Shown here piece by piece: positions 20,176 to 30,576 of a DNA stretch of 64,000 nucleotides. Source of the stretch: Alkalispirochaeta sp. (lineage in GTDB: Bacteria > Spirochaetota > Spirochaetia > DSM-27196 > Alkalispirochaetaceae); assembly GCA_965601925.1 (NCBI GenBank), contig OZ271854.1, forward strand, positions 576,001 to 640,000, read 5' to 3'. The stretch's first letter is position 1, and each line of letters begins with the position of its first letter. The notes under the pieces are model-generated. The model made no database searches. It saw nothing but the letters and a program-made list of their open reading frames with translations, and was not told the origin of the DNA. Both the position numbers and the translations under genes were made by a program.

Positions 20176-21186
20176 GTGAAAATCGGACTCATCGGAGCGG
20201 GTTTCATGGGACGCACCCACGCCGACGGGTGGCGGGAGTGCGGAGGAGAGATCGGGGGCGTTCTTGCGACTCCCGATCGGTCGGCGCGGGAGCTCGCGGA
20301 CGCATACGACGCGCCGGTTGTGGAGACCATCGCCGAGCTCGCCGGTGGTGTAGATATCGTCGATGTTTGCAGCCCCACTCCGCTCCACCGCGACCACGTG
20401 TCCGCCGCCGTCGAGGCCGGATCGCGCGCAATCTTTTGCGAGAAGCCTTTGGCTCGCCATCTCGGGGAGGCCGAGGCGATGGTACGCGCATGCCGCGGCG
20501 CCGGTATCCCCCTGGGGGTCGGCCACGTACTACGATTCTTTCCGGAGTACGGGAACGCACTGGCGGCGGTACGACGCGGCGAGTTGGGTAAACTCGCTGT
20601 GCTCCGTTTCAGTCGTCGCACGTTTGCTCCCCGAAAACCGTGGTTTCTCGACACCGCTCAGTCCGGGGGCGTCGTTTTGGATCTGATGATTCACGATCTC
20701 GACTTCGCGCGGCTGGCCGCCGGCGAAGTACAACGTGTCTACGCTCGCGTCGATCCCGGCAGCGACGGTCGACAACACGCCTACGCGCTTCTCACCCACG
20801 CCTCCGGGACGATAACGCACGTCGAGGGGAGCTGGCGCTACCCGCAGCCGGAGTTTCACACATCATTCGAGTTTGCCGGAAGCAAGGCGCTGGTGACTTT
20901 CGATTCTCAGTCGACCCAAGCAATTCGACTCCACCTCACGCCGCTGCGCGGGTCCGTGACGGATGCCGATCGCCTCCTTCCGGAGGTGCCGGTGGCCGCC
21001 AGTCCGATTTCGGAGAACCCTTACGCGGCGGAACTTACGGCGTTTCGGCGGGCGATAGATGCCGGCTCGGAACCTCCGGTATCCGGCGAAGAGGGCGTTC
21101 GCACCCTCCAACTCGCCCTCGCCGTGTTGGAATCGTCAGAGAGCGGACGACCGGTCGAGATTACCCCGTGGGAGGAGGCGCCGTGA
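20176..21186 (+). CDS. Gfo/Idh/MocA-family oxidoreductase
   Basis: IGAGFMG, CEKPL and SGGVVLDLMIHD. GTG start after AGGAGG. Confidence 0.9.
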   Translation: MKIGLIGAGFMGRTHADGWRECGGEIGGVLATPDRSARELADAYDAPVVETIAELAGGVDIVDVCSPTPLHRDHVSAAVEAGSRAIFCEKPLARHLGEAEAMVRACRGAGIPLGVGHVLRFFPEYGNALAAVRRGELGKLAVLRFSRRTFAPRKPWFLDTAQSGGVVLDLMIHDLDFARLAAGEVQRVYARVDPGSDGRQHAYALLTHASGTITHVEGSWRYPQPEFHTSFEFAGSKALVTFDSQSTQAIRLHLTPLRGSVTDADRLLPEVPVAASPISENPYAAELTAFRRAIDAGSEPPVSGEEGVRTLQLALAVLESSESGRPVEITPWEEAP

Positions 21187-22184
21187 TCCGCGTCGCAATC
21201 ATCAGTTTCGCCCACCTTCACGGAGAGGCGTACATCTCGAATCTCAGAGCCAACGGCTCGGCGGAGTTCGTCGGCGTGTACGACCCCGATAGCGAGAGAC
21301 GAGCGACCTACGGCGAGCGGATGGATGTACCGACGTTCGCGAGCCGGGACGCCATGCTCAACGCGGGGATCGACGCCGCGGTCGTGTGCAGTGAGAACAG
21401 TCGTCATCGCGAAGATGTCGAGGTCTTGTCCGAAGCGGGGGTGCACCTCCTCTGTGAGAAACCGCTCGCGGTAACCGCCGACGACGGAGCGGCGATGGTG
21501 GCGGCGTGCAAACGCGCCGGCGTTCTCCTCATGACCGCCTTTCCGATGCGTTTCAGCGCGCCACTCGTCGCCGCCGAACACAACCTCACCGACGGTGCCT
21601 TCGGTACGCTGACCAGCTGCGTGGCGATCAATCAAGGCCAGCTTCCCAAGCGACATCGCGCGTGGTTTGTCGACCCCATGCTCGCCGGCGGCGGCGCGAT
21701 AACCGACCACACCGTGCACTTAGTCGATGTGATGCGTTGGTTCACACGCTCGGAGGTAGAGAGCGTATATGCAATCGGCAATCGTATCGCCTACGCCGAT
21801 GAGGCGGTCGTGGAGACCGGCGGCTTGGTGAGCCTGCGCTTCAAAAACGGCGTCGACGTCTCGATCGACTGCAGCTGGTCTCGTCCGCTCAACTTTCCGA
21901 CGTGGGGCGGTCTCACCATGCGTCTCGTGACCGATCGCGGAGCGGTAGATCTCGATGCGTTCGTGCAGAACAACACGGTCTACGGCCTCCCCGACCGCCA
22001 TACCCGTTGGGACAACTGGGGAAGCGACGCCAATCAGGCGATGATCGATGAGTTCATAGCGGCCGTTATCGAACGGCGCGTCCCCGCAGTGACCGGTGAG
22101 GACGGGCTCCGCGCCGTGGAGGTCGTGGAGGCGGCATACCGCAGCATCGCGAGCGGCGGTGTGGAGTCGGTCGTGCAGCGGTGA
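21183..22184 (+). CDS. Gfo/Idh/MocA-family oxidoreductase
   Basis: C-terminal part of ORF 20640..22184. GTGA overlap at 21183, ISFAHLH, CEKPL and GGGAITDHTVH. Confidence 0.9.
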   Translation: MIRVAIISFAHLHGEAYISNLRANGSAEFVGVYDPDSERRATYGERMDVPTFASRDAMLNAGIDAAVVCSENSRHREDVEVLSEAGVHLLCEKPLAVTADDGAAMVAACKRAGVLLMTAFPMRFSAPLVAAEHNLTDGAFGTLTSCVAINQGQLPKRHRAWFVDPMLAGGGAITDHTVHLVDVMRWFTRSEVESVYAIGNRIAYADEAVVETGGLVSLRFKNGVDVSIDCSWSRPLNFPTWGGLTMRLVTDRGAVDLDAFVQNNTVYGLPDRHTRWDNWGSDANQAMIDEFIAAVIERRVPAVTGEDGLRAVEVVEAAYRSIASGGVESVVQR

Positions 22185-22302
22185 GGGACGGGCGGCCCGG
22201 TATATCGGGGCGGCCGCCCTTGCCACCACCATCCCGTATACGACGCATTATATGCAGTTCTCGCCGATGCATGTACGCGCACGAGCGCGGAGGCGATAGT
22301 AT

Positions 22303-23250
22303 ATGGATATGAACGGCCGAGTATTGATCACCGGCGGATCCGGACTGATCGGTCGACGTCTCACCGATCTTCTTCTCGAGAAGGGCCATGAAGTCGCCTG
22401 GCTTAGTCGCGGCGCCGCAGAGTCTCATCGCGTACCGCGCCCGCATGCGGTACGAGTCTTTCGATGGGACGTCGAACGCGGCGACATCGAACACGACGCC
22501 GTCGAATGGGCCGATGCGGTGGTGCACCTGGCGGGAGCCGGCGTTGCCGACCGGCGGTGGACCGCACGCCGCAAGCGGACCATCCTCGATAGTCGAGTAC
22601 ACGCCACGCGCCTCCTGAGGAAATCGATCCAAGGGGCGACAAGGAGGCCCGAGGTCGTCATTGCCGCGTCAGCGACGGGGCGGTACGGTTCCGGCGGGGA
22701 AGATCGCTGGATGTCGGAAAATGACGACCCGGACGAGTGCGATTTTCTGGCCGAGGTCGTGCGCCAATGGGAAGCCGAGAGTGCAGTTATCGCAAACACG
22801 GGTGTTCGATCACTGGTGGTCCGAATCGGCATCGTGCTGAGTCGCGACGGCGGTGCACTGCCCAGGATGGCGGCGCCCTTCCGGCTGGGCCTCGGAGCGC
22901 CGATTGGGACGGGCGAGCAGTACATGAGCTGGATTCATATCGACGATCTCTGCCGCATGATCGTACACGCGTTAGACGACGCGACCCGGCAGGGCGTCTA
23001 TAACGGCGTGGCCCCCCATCCGGTGACGAACGCGGTCTTTTCCGATGAGCTTGCCCGCGCAATGGGGAGGCCGTTTTTCATGCCCGCCGTTCCGGCGTTC
23101 GTTCTACGGATGGTGATGGGCGAAATGGCGAGTATCGTGCTGGGGGGTGCGCGCGTCTCGAGCCGGAAGGCGCAACACGACGGCTTCACGTTTCGCTATC
23201 CGACGGTGCGAGATGCCCTGAACGAGCTCTTTCGGAACGGTTCGAGATAA
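22303..23250 (+). CDS. TIGR01777-family (YfcH-like) NAD-dependent epimerase/oxidoreductase
   Basis: ITGGSGLIG, HLAGA, RRWT..RK..I.DSR and QYMSWIHIDD. Confidence 0.9.
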   Translation: MDMNGRVLITGGSGLIGRRLTDLLLEKGHEVAWLSRGAAESHRVPRPHAVRVFRWDVERGDIEHDAVEWADAVVHLAGAGVADRRWTARRKRTILDSRVHATRLLRKSIQGATRRPEVVIAASATGRYGSGGEDRWMSENDDPDECDFLAEVVRQWEAESAVIANTGVRSLVVRIGIVLSRDGGALPRMAAPFRLGLGAPIGTGEQYMSWIHIDDLCRMIVHALDDATRQGVYNGVAPHPVTNAVFSDELARAMGRPFFMPAVPAFVLRMVMGEMASIVLGGARVSSRKAQHDGFTFRYPTVRDALNELFRNGSR

Positions 23251-23397
23251 TCCCGCCCCACTGAAACACCATGTCGGCCGCGCGCCGACCGGCCTCCCTC
23301 GCATCGTGTCGAGACGCGGAGTCTCGTACCATCCTGCTACGCCTCATCCACCGGTATCCCGCACCAGTCGCCGTTGAGCGGTGCGTAATCACAAAAC

Positions 23398-23434
23398 ATG
23401 AAAAATACTCATATTATATGTGAGCATATTTCAT
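23398..23434. repeat. AT-rich imperfect inverted repeat
   Basis: ATGAAAAATACTCA-N9-TGAGCATATTTCAT (12 of 14 positions pair). Confidence 0.65.
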
Positions 23435-23612
23435 TTTTGGTTCACTATGGAGTACGCTTTGAGTGAATCTTGGATGATATGAGCGGCGAAAGAGGGCCTG
23501 CATCGTGCGCACGGCGACCGACGACCGGCGGCGAATATCATCCACACTATGTACGACGATACATCGCTCACGGCGCGATTCCGTGTAGCGGCACACCGGG
23601 AGGAACGACGAC

Positions 23613-24377
23613 ATGAATCGTATCGGGATAATCGCCGCGTGCGTGGCTGCGGCTCTGACTATGATAGGGTGCGCCAGCGCCAACGATTGGACCAGGCTAA
23701 GCGCCGCGGAGAGCATTGCAATCGTACAAGTAAGCGCGAATCGCGTTGTAGAGACGGAGGCCGAAGGACGGGGAGCCGACGTCATGGCGGGAGTGCGGAC
23801 CGTCGGTGCGTTGGTTCGCGGAGGCAGTGTCGGCGACGCCATGGAGGCCGCAACCCACTCGAGCGGCAATGCGATTGACGCGAGCGTCGATTCTCTCTTT
23901 CGGAACGTGCGCGAAGCAGGCACATTCACGCTCCTCTCCCCCTCACAGGTAACCGGCAGCGAGTTTTACCGCGAACTCGGTGAGTTGGCATCCTCCGGCG
24001 AGTACAACACGGCGGAAGGCTTTCGCTTCGTGGCCGCCGGCGGCCGTTTTTCGGCGGCGGAAGCGTTAATGGGCGCGCTCGATGTCGACGCATTGATGGT
24101 GGTGTTCATCGACTATAACGCGGTGATGTGGACCGGCATACAGAGTTCCGGAACGATGAAGGCGTACGTGGAGGCTACCGCTTATGTGTACGATGAGAGC
24201 GGCGTACCCTTCGTCACCGTGGAAGGGAGCGCCAACTCAGAGGACACCGTCGTTGTTGCAGCCGGCGCGTACGACTTCGACGCGATGGACGAGTTGGCCG
24301 CTCAGGCGATCAATCGGGCAAGCCTGGAGCTCGCCGAGCGCATCCGGTCGGAGGTAGCCGAAAACCGCGAGGGATAG
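23613..24377 (+). CDS. Hypothetical lipoprotein
   Basis: GGAGG SD and a signal peptide ending TMIG-C. Confidence 0.75.
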   Translation: MNRIGIIAACVAAALTMIGCASANDWTRLSAAESIAIVQVSANRVVETEAEGRGADVMAGVRTVGALVRGGSVGDAMEAATHSSGNAIDASVDSLFRNVREAGTFTLLSPSQVTGSEFYRELGELASSGEYNTAEGFRFVAAGGRFSAAEALMGALDVDALMVVFIDYNAVMWTGIQSSGTMKAYVEATAYVYDESGVPFVTVEGSANSEDTVVVAAGAYDFDAMDELAAQAINRASLELAERIRSEVAENREG

Positions 24378-24467
24378 CACCGACCGTATACGCGATGTCG
24401 GTCGCGTCGCCGATGAGGCCCGATTTCCCGTTACGTCGGTGTAGGTCGCATGAGGACAGGAGGAACA

Positions 24468-24959
24468 ATGAACGCTTACGCGCTGCGTGCCAAGACTGTT
24501 GCGATAATAGTATGTGCCGTTGCAGGTTGCACTACCGTCTCGGAGATCACCGATGAGGTGTTGGTTGAAACGGGGCCGAGTAGGTTTAGACGCTTCGAGC
24601 CCGCCGATCCCGGTCCGTGGTATGGACCGCTGGCGGAGGAGTACGCGGGTCAGGTGGTCTTTTCCTCCGAATACATACCGCATGACAGCGATGACGACGG
24701 CGCGGTGATAACCGAGTATCGCCCCGGCGGCAACGTAACGATGGAACTCGGCCGCGAGTCGGTGGGTTTCGACAACGTCCGGGAGAGAATCGCGGCATCC
24801 ATCGGGAGCGAAGAGATGACGACGCGAGTTCCGCACATCGTCGGAATCGGATCGGAGTCGATAGACATCGCTGTACGCCGGACGTTCAGCGACTCCATGG
24901 TTCCACGATCGCCGGACGGATCGACGATGCTGGAAAATGCCGGACTCCCCGACGTTTAG
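24468..24959 (+). CDS. Hypothetical lipoprotein (possibly truncated)
   Basis: AGGAGG SD before ATG 24468; lipobox VAG-C. Confidence 0.6.
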   Translation: MNAYALRAKTVAIIVCAVAGCTTVSEITDEVLVETGPSRFRRFEPADPGPWYGPLAEEYAGQVVFSSEYIPHDSDDDGAVITEYRPGGNVTMELGRESVGFDNVRERIAASIGSEEMTTRVPHIVGIGSESIDIAVRRTFSDSMVPRSPDGSTMLENAGLPDV

Positions 24960-25033
24960 CTCTCAATAAGGGAGATGTAGTCAACGCATCTGAGCAAACA
25001 GAAAAATATCACCGAATAATGCAAGGAGTATGT

Positions 25034-25453
25034 ATGCGTACGATGTTAAGCAGATTGACGGTAGTTGGATGTACGGCGGTCGTACTGTCGGCCTGTGCAT
25101 CCCTCACATTCGGCGCACCGGATGAGCCGGAGACGTTTCTGAGAACGGTGGAACTGCCCGACGGAAGGACGGAAGTCGACTCGTACATCCTGACCTACGA
25201 GACGCAGAACAGCGGGAGTTACCTCCACACCATCGTTGCATCCGGAAACCGTTTCGGAAACGTCGACAGCATGGTATCCGGCGAGTTCGTCATCAACGAG
25301 GGCGCGGGTAACACCGGTACGATCACCTTCTCCCCGGATTTGCCGGACGCGGGAGAACCGGTTCGCGAGGATGCCTATCTGGATCCCTTTGTCGCCGACT
25401 GGACGCCCTTCGTCATCACGATCGACGGCACCGAGTACGCGCTTCAGTTTTAG
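25034..25453 (+). CDS. Hypothetical lipoprotein
   Basis: AAGGAG SD, lipobox LSA-C, acidic beta-rich mature part. Confidence 0.7.
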   Translation: MRTMLSRLTVVGCTAVVLSACASLTFGAPDEPETFLRTVELPDGRTEVDSYILTYETQNSGSYLHTIVASGNRFGNVDSMVSGEFVINEGAGNTGTITFSPDLPDAGEPVREDAYLDPFVADWTPFVITIDGTEYALQF

Positions 25454-25640
25454 CGGGACGCGCACGGCCGGGTCGTGGACACCCGTTCGACGCGGCCCCG
25501 CCACCGTACCGTCCTCAGACGCTCGGAAACCCGCTTTGATGATCGACTGTCGTATAACACCGAGACGCACATCGAGATATGTCGTCCGACGCGCAAGGCC
25601 TCCGATTCACTACCTTACCTCCTAACATGGAGGAAGTATT

Positions 25641-26111
25641 ATGAGTCGAGTTGCGTCGATTGTTATGGCGGTATCCGTTGTGATGACCGCTATGGTCGTT
25701 ACACCCGCAGTTGCCCAAACGCCGATAAACGCCGGAGACGACAGCGTAGCGATCCACGGTTACGATCCGGTGGCGTACTTTCAGGAGGGTGCGGCGCGTC
25801 AGGGTTCGACGTCTTTTCAGTATGAGTGGAACGACGTAACGTGGCACTTCGCGTCGGCGGAGAACATGGAGCGCTTTCAAGAAGACCCCGAACGCTACGC
25901 ACCGCAGTTCGGCGGCTATTGTGCGTGGGCCGCCTCGCAAGGCTACATCGCCGGTATCGATCCTAACGCGTGGACCGTCCACAACGGACGGCTCTACCTC
26001 AACTTCTCCGCCGGGGTGCGGCGTCGATTCCTCAGAGGTATCGAGAGCAATATCCGCGCGGCGGAGCGGAACTGGCCGGTGCTGGCGGCGGACATTACGA
26101 CACAGCGTTAG
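25641..26111 (+). CDS. Secreted YHS-domain protein
   Basis: Signal peptide, AIHGYDPVAYF, PERYAPQFGGYCAW and GRLYLN. Confidence 0.9.
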   Translation: MSRVASIVMAVSVVMTAMVVTPAVAQTPINAGDDSVAIHGYDPVAYFQEGAARQGSTSFQYEWNDVTWHFASAENMERFQEDPERYAPQFGGYCAWAASQGYIAGIDPNAWTVHNGRLYLNFSAGVRRRFLRGIESNIRAAERNWPVLAADITTQR

Positions 26112-26144
26112 AGACGGCGTCGGATGCCGCCGGACACGGTCGGG

Positions 26145-27098
26145 TCACATCGGGACGGATCGCACCGGGGTCGGCTCGGCTACTCCACCGGCCCGGGAGA
26201 TCGAACCGCGATATCGACTCGGCGGACATCCCACGAGCCGCTTAAACACGGTACTGAAGCTGTAGATACTTGCAAAGCCGCTTTTTATCGCCACATCCCC
26301 GACGCGCTCGCCGTGAAGTAGCAGTTCCTTCGCCCGTTCGATACGGCACATCACGATGTACTCCGAAAGGCGCATTCCCGTCTCGGATGCGAAGCGTCGG
26401 GAGAGGTAGGCCGGACTCACCCCGACGTATCGCGCGAGACGCTCGACGGACAGATCCTCGTCGTAGTGGGCACGAACGCGATCGGACACGGCCTGTATTA
26501 CCTCCGATCCGGTCGTCCGCTCGCGCTCCGGTAGAAGGCGGCGATGAAGCATCACCAGGAGTTCGAGCAGTTTGGAGTAGATGAGAAAGAGCTGCAGATG
26601 CCGCGTCTTGCGTATCTCGTTCAATAACGACGCGAACGGCGCACAGAGCTCCGGGGCGTTGCGCACGATCGCGAAACGATCGATCGCGAGTGTCGCTCCC
26701 AACTTCAGAAGCTCCGGATAGTCGTGGTCGGGGGTAAGATAGCGACTCGAGACGCCGCGGCGGTTGACGAGTGCGCGCGGGGGAATGCGATGGTCACTCG
26801 TGATTCCCACACTTTCGGTCGTCTGAATCCCGATCCAGTAGTAACAGATGTCGGCGTGGGGAATTCGAAAATTGTGAAGCACGCCCGGAGAGGTGACGAA
26901 AACGTCGTCGGTGGAACAGAGAATCGGGTCGGCGTGGGGAAACACACCGATCTCAGCGCCGCCGCGCTTCACATACACGATCTCATAACCCAAATGATAG
27001 TGCTCACCGATGGTTCGCCCCGCTTCGCCGTCGCAACAGCCGAAATGGGTGATGCGCGGAAAGTCGGGAACGGGATACTCGACGAGATAGTAACTCAC
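26145..27098 (-). CDS. AraC-family transcriptional regulator (cupin + double HTH)
   Basis: HYHLGYEIVY and C-terminal SGFASIYSFSTVFKRLVGCPPSRY. Divergent from the 27427 operon. Confidence 0.92.
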   Translation of the reverse strand: MSYYLVEYPVPDFPRITHFGCCDGEAGRTIGEHYHLGYEIVYVKRGGAEIGVFPHADPILCSTDDVFVTSPGVLHNFRIPHADICYYWIGIQTTESVGITSDHRIPPRALVNRRGVSSRYLTPDHDYPELLKLGATLAIDRFAIVRNAPELCAPFASLLNEIRKTRHLQLFLIYSKLLELLVMLHRRLLPERERTTGSEVIQAVSDRVRAHYDEDLSVERLARYVGVSPAYLSRRFASETGMRLSEYIVMCRIERAKELLLHGERVGDVAIKSGFASIYSFSTVFKRLVGCPPSRYRGSISRAGGVAEPTPVRSVPM

Positions 27099-27226
27099 TC
27101 ACTTACTGTACCACGATCGTGTAGTGCAGACGCATTGAAAATTCGGTCGTTGATAAGCAAATACGAATGTGAGAAACGAGGCGTACAATGCAATCGACGT
27201 CGTGATCGAATGGAGGAGGGACAGGC

Positions 27227-27415
27227 ATGAGACCCAGCACTACGGCACTCCGCAGCGTGACGCACGCGATTCTCCCCCTCGCGAGAGCGACGGTTTCCTC
27301 GCAGATTGCGACCGCGACGTCGTCGGCAGCACGGGTCCGACGACTCGTGGTGCGGCAGCTTCGCGTTGTGACGGCAGTCCTCGTCGACGACGTACCGCCG
27401 CGTAGGTATTCGTAG
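27227..27415 (+). CDS. Small ORF of unknown function (62 aa)
   Basis: GGAGGAGG SD. Lies between TACAAT (27184-27189) and the M24 gene. Confidence 0.35.
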   Translation: MRPSTTALRSVTHAILPLARATVSSQIATATSSAARVRRLVVRQLRVVTAVLVDDVPPRRYS

Positions 27416-27426
27416 GGAACATCGCC

Positions 27427-28611
27427 ATGGATCGAAGAGAACGAAAAGAGACGCTCATGGCACAGATGCGCCTCGATGCGTATCTTGCGTGGAAGCCGGA
27501 GGAGTTGGTGGCGCTGTGCGGCTGCTACCCCCACTGGGGCGCATCGATCGCCCTGCTCCTCCCGGGGCGGAATCCCATCCTCTTCATACCCGCCGGCGAG
27601 CCGGACGACGCCGTGCCCGAAGATGTTATCGCGGTTGAATCACCCTGGGGGACCTCGACGCGTCCGTGGACGGACCTCGCACGGCGGATGGCTGAATACC
27701 TTCCGACCGCGACGACACGGCCGATCAAAATCGGATACGACCCGCGATTCGGCCGTATTGCACCGCCACGGAACGCCGCGGAGGGTCCGCCGGTGGATCT
27801 GGCGGTAGTCCACGCGATACACGCCCTCTCTGGTGTCGAGGTGGCGGATGCGTCCGAGGCGGCATCGGCACTCTACGCGCGAAAGTCCACCCATGAGATC
27901 GACGCGGTAGAGCGGGCCAACGGCGTCGCCGATCGCGCCCTCCACCGATTCTATGCGATGCTGCAACCCGGCGTGAGCGAGGCGGCCGTCGCGTCGGAGG
28001 TGGAGACGGTGATACAGCGCGCCATGGAGGACTCCGATATTGCCTACGCCCGTGGGTGGGCGTTCGTTCAGTCGGGACCGGAAACGGGACACACGGGCAC
28101 GTACAACCGGTCCACCGGCCGTATGCTGCGCGAGTCGGATATGGTGACGATCGAGCTCGCCACGTGCGTCGACGGTTACTGGTCCGACCTTACCCGCACC
28201 GGCGTCGTCGGTCCACCATCGGCGCGACAACGACACTTGCACGCCGTAGTTCGCGAGGCACAGGAGGCTTCTTTGGCACGCGTACGTCCCGGAGTGTCGG
28301 GACGCGAGCTGGACGCGGCCGCCCGCGGAGTCGTCGCCGGCCACGGCTTGGCGACCTACTTCCCCCACCCTCTGGGTCACCAGACGGGGTTTCGCTATCA
28401 CGACGACGGCCCCACCCTCTCCCCGGACGAGGAGCGTACCATGGAGGAGGGAATGGTCGTCACCGTCGAGCCCGGCGTCTATCTTCCCTCGGACGTTTTC
28501 GGACGCGGATCCCCGAGCGAGGGATGTCGTGTAGAGGACAACGTGGTGGTGACGTCGGACGGCTACCGACTCCTCTCCCACGCGCCGCGTGACCTCGGGG
28601 GCCGGACGTGA
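27427..28611 (+). CDS. M24-family (Xaa-Pro peptidase/creatinase fold) metallohydrolase
   Basis: GYWSDLTRT, HPLGH.TG..YHD, VTVEPGVY and RVEDNVVVT. Confidence 0.88.
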   Translation: MDRRERKETLMAQMRLDAYLAWKPEELVALCGCYPHWGASIALLLPGRNPILFIPAGEPDDAVPEDVIAVESPWGTSTRPWTDLARRMAEYLPTATTRPIKIGYDPRFGRIAPPRNAAEGPPVDLAVVHAIHALSGVEVADASEAASALYARKSTHEIDAVERANGVADRALHRFYAMLQPGVSEAAVASEVETVIQRAMEDSDIAYARGWAFVQSGPETGHTGTYNRSTGRMLRESDMVTIELATCVDGYWSDLTRTGVVGPPSARQRHLHAVVREAQEASLARVRPGVSGRELDAAARGVVAGHGLATYFPHPLGHQTGFRYHDDGPTLSPDEERTMEEGMVVTVEPGVYLPSDVFGRGSPSEGCRVEDNVVVTSDGYRLLSHAPRDLGGRT

Positions 28612-29495
28612 CGACGGCCCCTCAAACCGCTCTCTTGGCGGGGAAGCGTGCGATCGTCACCGGCGGCTCCCGGGGAATCGGAGCGGGAATCGTCGACGCG
28701 CTGCACGAGGCCGGTGCCCGCGTCGTGGTGAACTATCGCTCCGCCTCAGACCTCGCGGCGCAGAGAGTAGAGATGCTTAACGCTCGGCGGCCCGAATCGG
28801 CGATTGCAATGCGCGCGGACGTTACCGACGAGGCGGCGGTGGTGGAGATGTTTCTCAGGGTCGACGAGTGGTGCGACGGGGTGGACATCCTGATAAACAA
28901 CGCCGGCTACGAGCGGTGCGATCACCTCCTCGATATATCGCTGTCCGACTGGCGGCGCGTGTTCGAGACCAACGTGACGGGCGCCTTTCTCTGCACTCGA
29001 GAGGCGGGGCGCAGAATGGAGGCGCAGTTCGTCGCGAGCCCGCGTTCAACGGGGGTGATCGTCAACCTCTCGTCGATCCACGACCGCGTACCGCGCAAAG
29101 GGTTTGCTCACTACTGCGCGGCCAAGGCGGGCCTCTCCATGCTTACCAAGGCGACGGCGCTGGAGCTTGCGGAGGTGGGCGTGCGGGCGGTAACCGTGTG
29201 TCCCGGGGCGATCGCAACCGACATGAACCGGGACGAGATCGCCTCATTCGGCGAGGACCGGTTTCGCGAATGGATTCCCGCAGGACGAATCGGCGAGGTT
29301 GACGATGTATCACACCTCGTCGCGTTTTTGTGCGGTCCCCACGCCGCCTACGTTACCGGCACCGAGCTCTATGTCGACGGCGGCTACCTGCAGCGCCTCG
29401 TCCAGTACGATCCGAGAGCACCGCGAAACCTCGGCGCGGAACGGCACGGGACGCCGACGACCGGGGGTGACGTATCGAACGGGGGCGACCGGTGA
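28608..29495 (+). CDS. SDR oxidoreductase, glucose-1-dehydrogenase-like
   Basis: TGGSRGIG, VVVNY, NNAG, SSIHD and YCAAK. Confidence 0.88.
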   Translation: MTTAPQTALLAGKRAIVTGGSRGIGAGIVDALHEAGARVVVNYRSASDLAAQRVEMLNARRPESAIAMRADVTDEAAVVEMFLRVDEWCDGVDILINNAGYERCDHLLDISLSDWRRVFETNVTGAFLCTREAGRRMEAQFVASPRSTGVIVNLSSIHDRVPRKGFAHYCAAKAGLSMLTKATALELAEVGVRAVTVCPGAIATDMNRDEIASFGEDRFREWIPAGRIGEVDDVSHLVAFLCGPHAAYVTGTELYVDGGYLQRLVQYDPRAPRNLGAERHGTPTTGGDVSNGGDR

Positions 29496-30562
29496 AGATC
29501 GGATACGGTTTTTACGCGCACATGGCGCACGAACGGGAGTTTCAATTTGCCCGGCAGTGCGGGGCGACGCACGCGGTGGTGCACCTCGTCGACTACACCG
29601 CCGGCGGCGGACAGGAGCGCTCCGGAGCCAAAGACAACCAGCCGATCGGCGGCGACGACGGATGGGGTCGCGCCGGAGAGAATCGCTCGGCGTGGACGGA
29701 GGAGCGTCTGCGTAGCCTCAAGGCGCGTCTCGCGGCGTCGGGGCTGGAGCTCGCCGCAATCGAGAACTTCGACCCTGCAGACTGGTACGACGTACTGCTC
29801 GACGGTCCCCGAAAGGACGAGCAGCTCGAACGGCTCAAGGGGCTGGTCCGCACGGTGGCCCGGGCGGGAATCTCGATGATCGGCTACAACTTCAGCCTCG
29901 CCGGGGTCGCCTCCCGCACCGTCGGACCCTTTGCCCGGGGCGGCGCCGAATCGGTGGGAATGACGGGGGTCGACGAACGACCGATTCCGAACGGCATGGT
30001 GTGGAACATGACCTACGACTCGTCGGCGCCGCCGGGAAGTCTGGCCCCGACGACCGAGGAGGAGTTATGGCGTCGTCTCAAGGACTTCTTGGATGCCGTG
30101 CTACCCGTGGCCGAAGAGGAGGGTGTCATCCTCGCGGCGCATCCCGACGACCCGCCGGTAGAACGAGTCCGTCAACAGCCGCGTTTGGTATGGCGACCCG
30201 ACCGTTACGACCGCCTGCTCGATCTCGCGCCGTCGCCGTGTAACAAGCTGGAGTTCTGTCTCGGCACCCTGGCCGAGATGCCGGGGCACGACCTCTACGA
30301 GACGCTCGACCACTACCTCGGCCGGGACGCGGTGGGTTACGTGCACTTCCGAAACGTCCGCGGCACGGTACCGTCCTACGTGGAGACATTTATCGACGAG
30401 GGCGACATCGATATGGGACGCGTCATGCGCATCTTCCGCGATCGACGATACGACGGCGTACTAATCCCCGACCATACCCCGCAAATGAGCTGCGACGCGC
30501 CGTGGCACGCCGGTATGGCGTACGCGTTGGGGTATATGAACGCACTCAAACGAAGCGTGTGA
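29492..30562 (+). CDS. uxuA: Mannonate dehydratase (UxuA family)
   Basis: [30 protein letters not shown] and PDHTP. Confidence 0.88.
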   Translation: MKIGYGFYAHMAHEREFQFARQCGATHAVVHLVDYTAGGGQERSGAKDNQPIGGDDGWGRAGENRSAWTEERLRSLKARLAASGLELAAIENFDPADWYDVLLDGPRKDEQLERLKGLVRTVARAGISMIGYNFSLAGVASRTVGPFARGGAESVGMTGVDERPIPNGMVWNMTYDSSAPPGSLAPTTEEELWRRLKDFLDAVLPVAEEEGVILAAHPDDPPVERVRQQPRLVWRPDRYDRLLDLAPSPCNKLEFCLGTLAEMPGHDLYETLDHYLGRDAVGYVHFRNVRGTVPSYVETFIDEGDIDMGRVMRIFRDRRYDGVLIPDHTPQMSCDAPWHAGMAYALGYMNALKRSV

Positions 30563-30576
30563 ACGAAGGAGACGAT

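Noticed and set aside
20640..21182. Apparent N-terminal extensions of ORFs 20640..22184, 58292..59419, 61262..62554 and 33053..34066
   Set aside because: They overlap neighbouring genes. Internal starts with SD or stop-start coupling give normal-length proteins, so these are not fusions.
25641..26111. Selenoprotein version of the YHS family
   Set aside because: The ORF has Cys (GYCAW) and no in-frame TGA.
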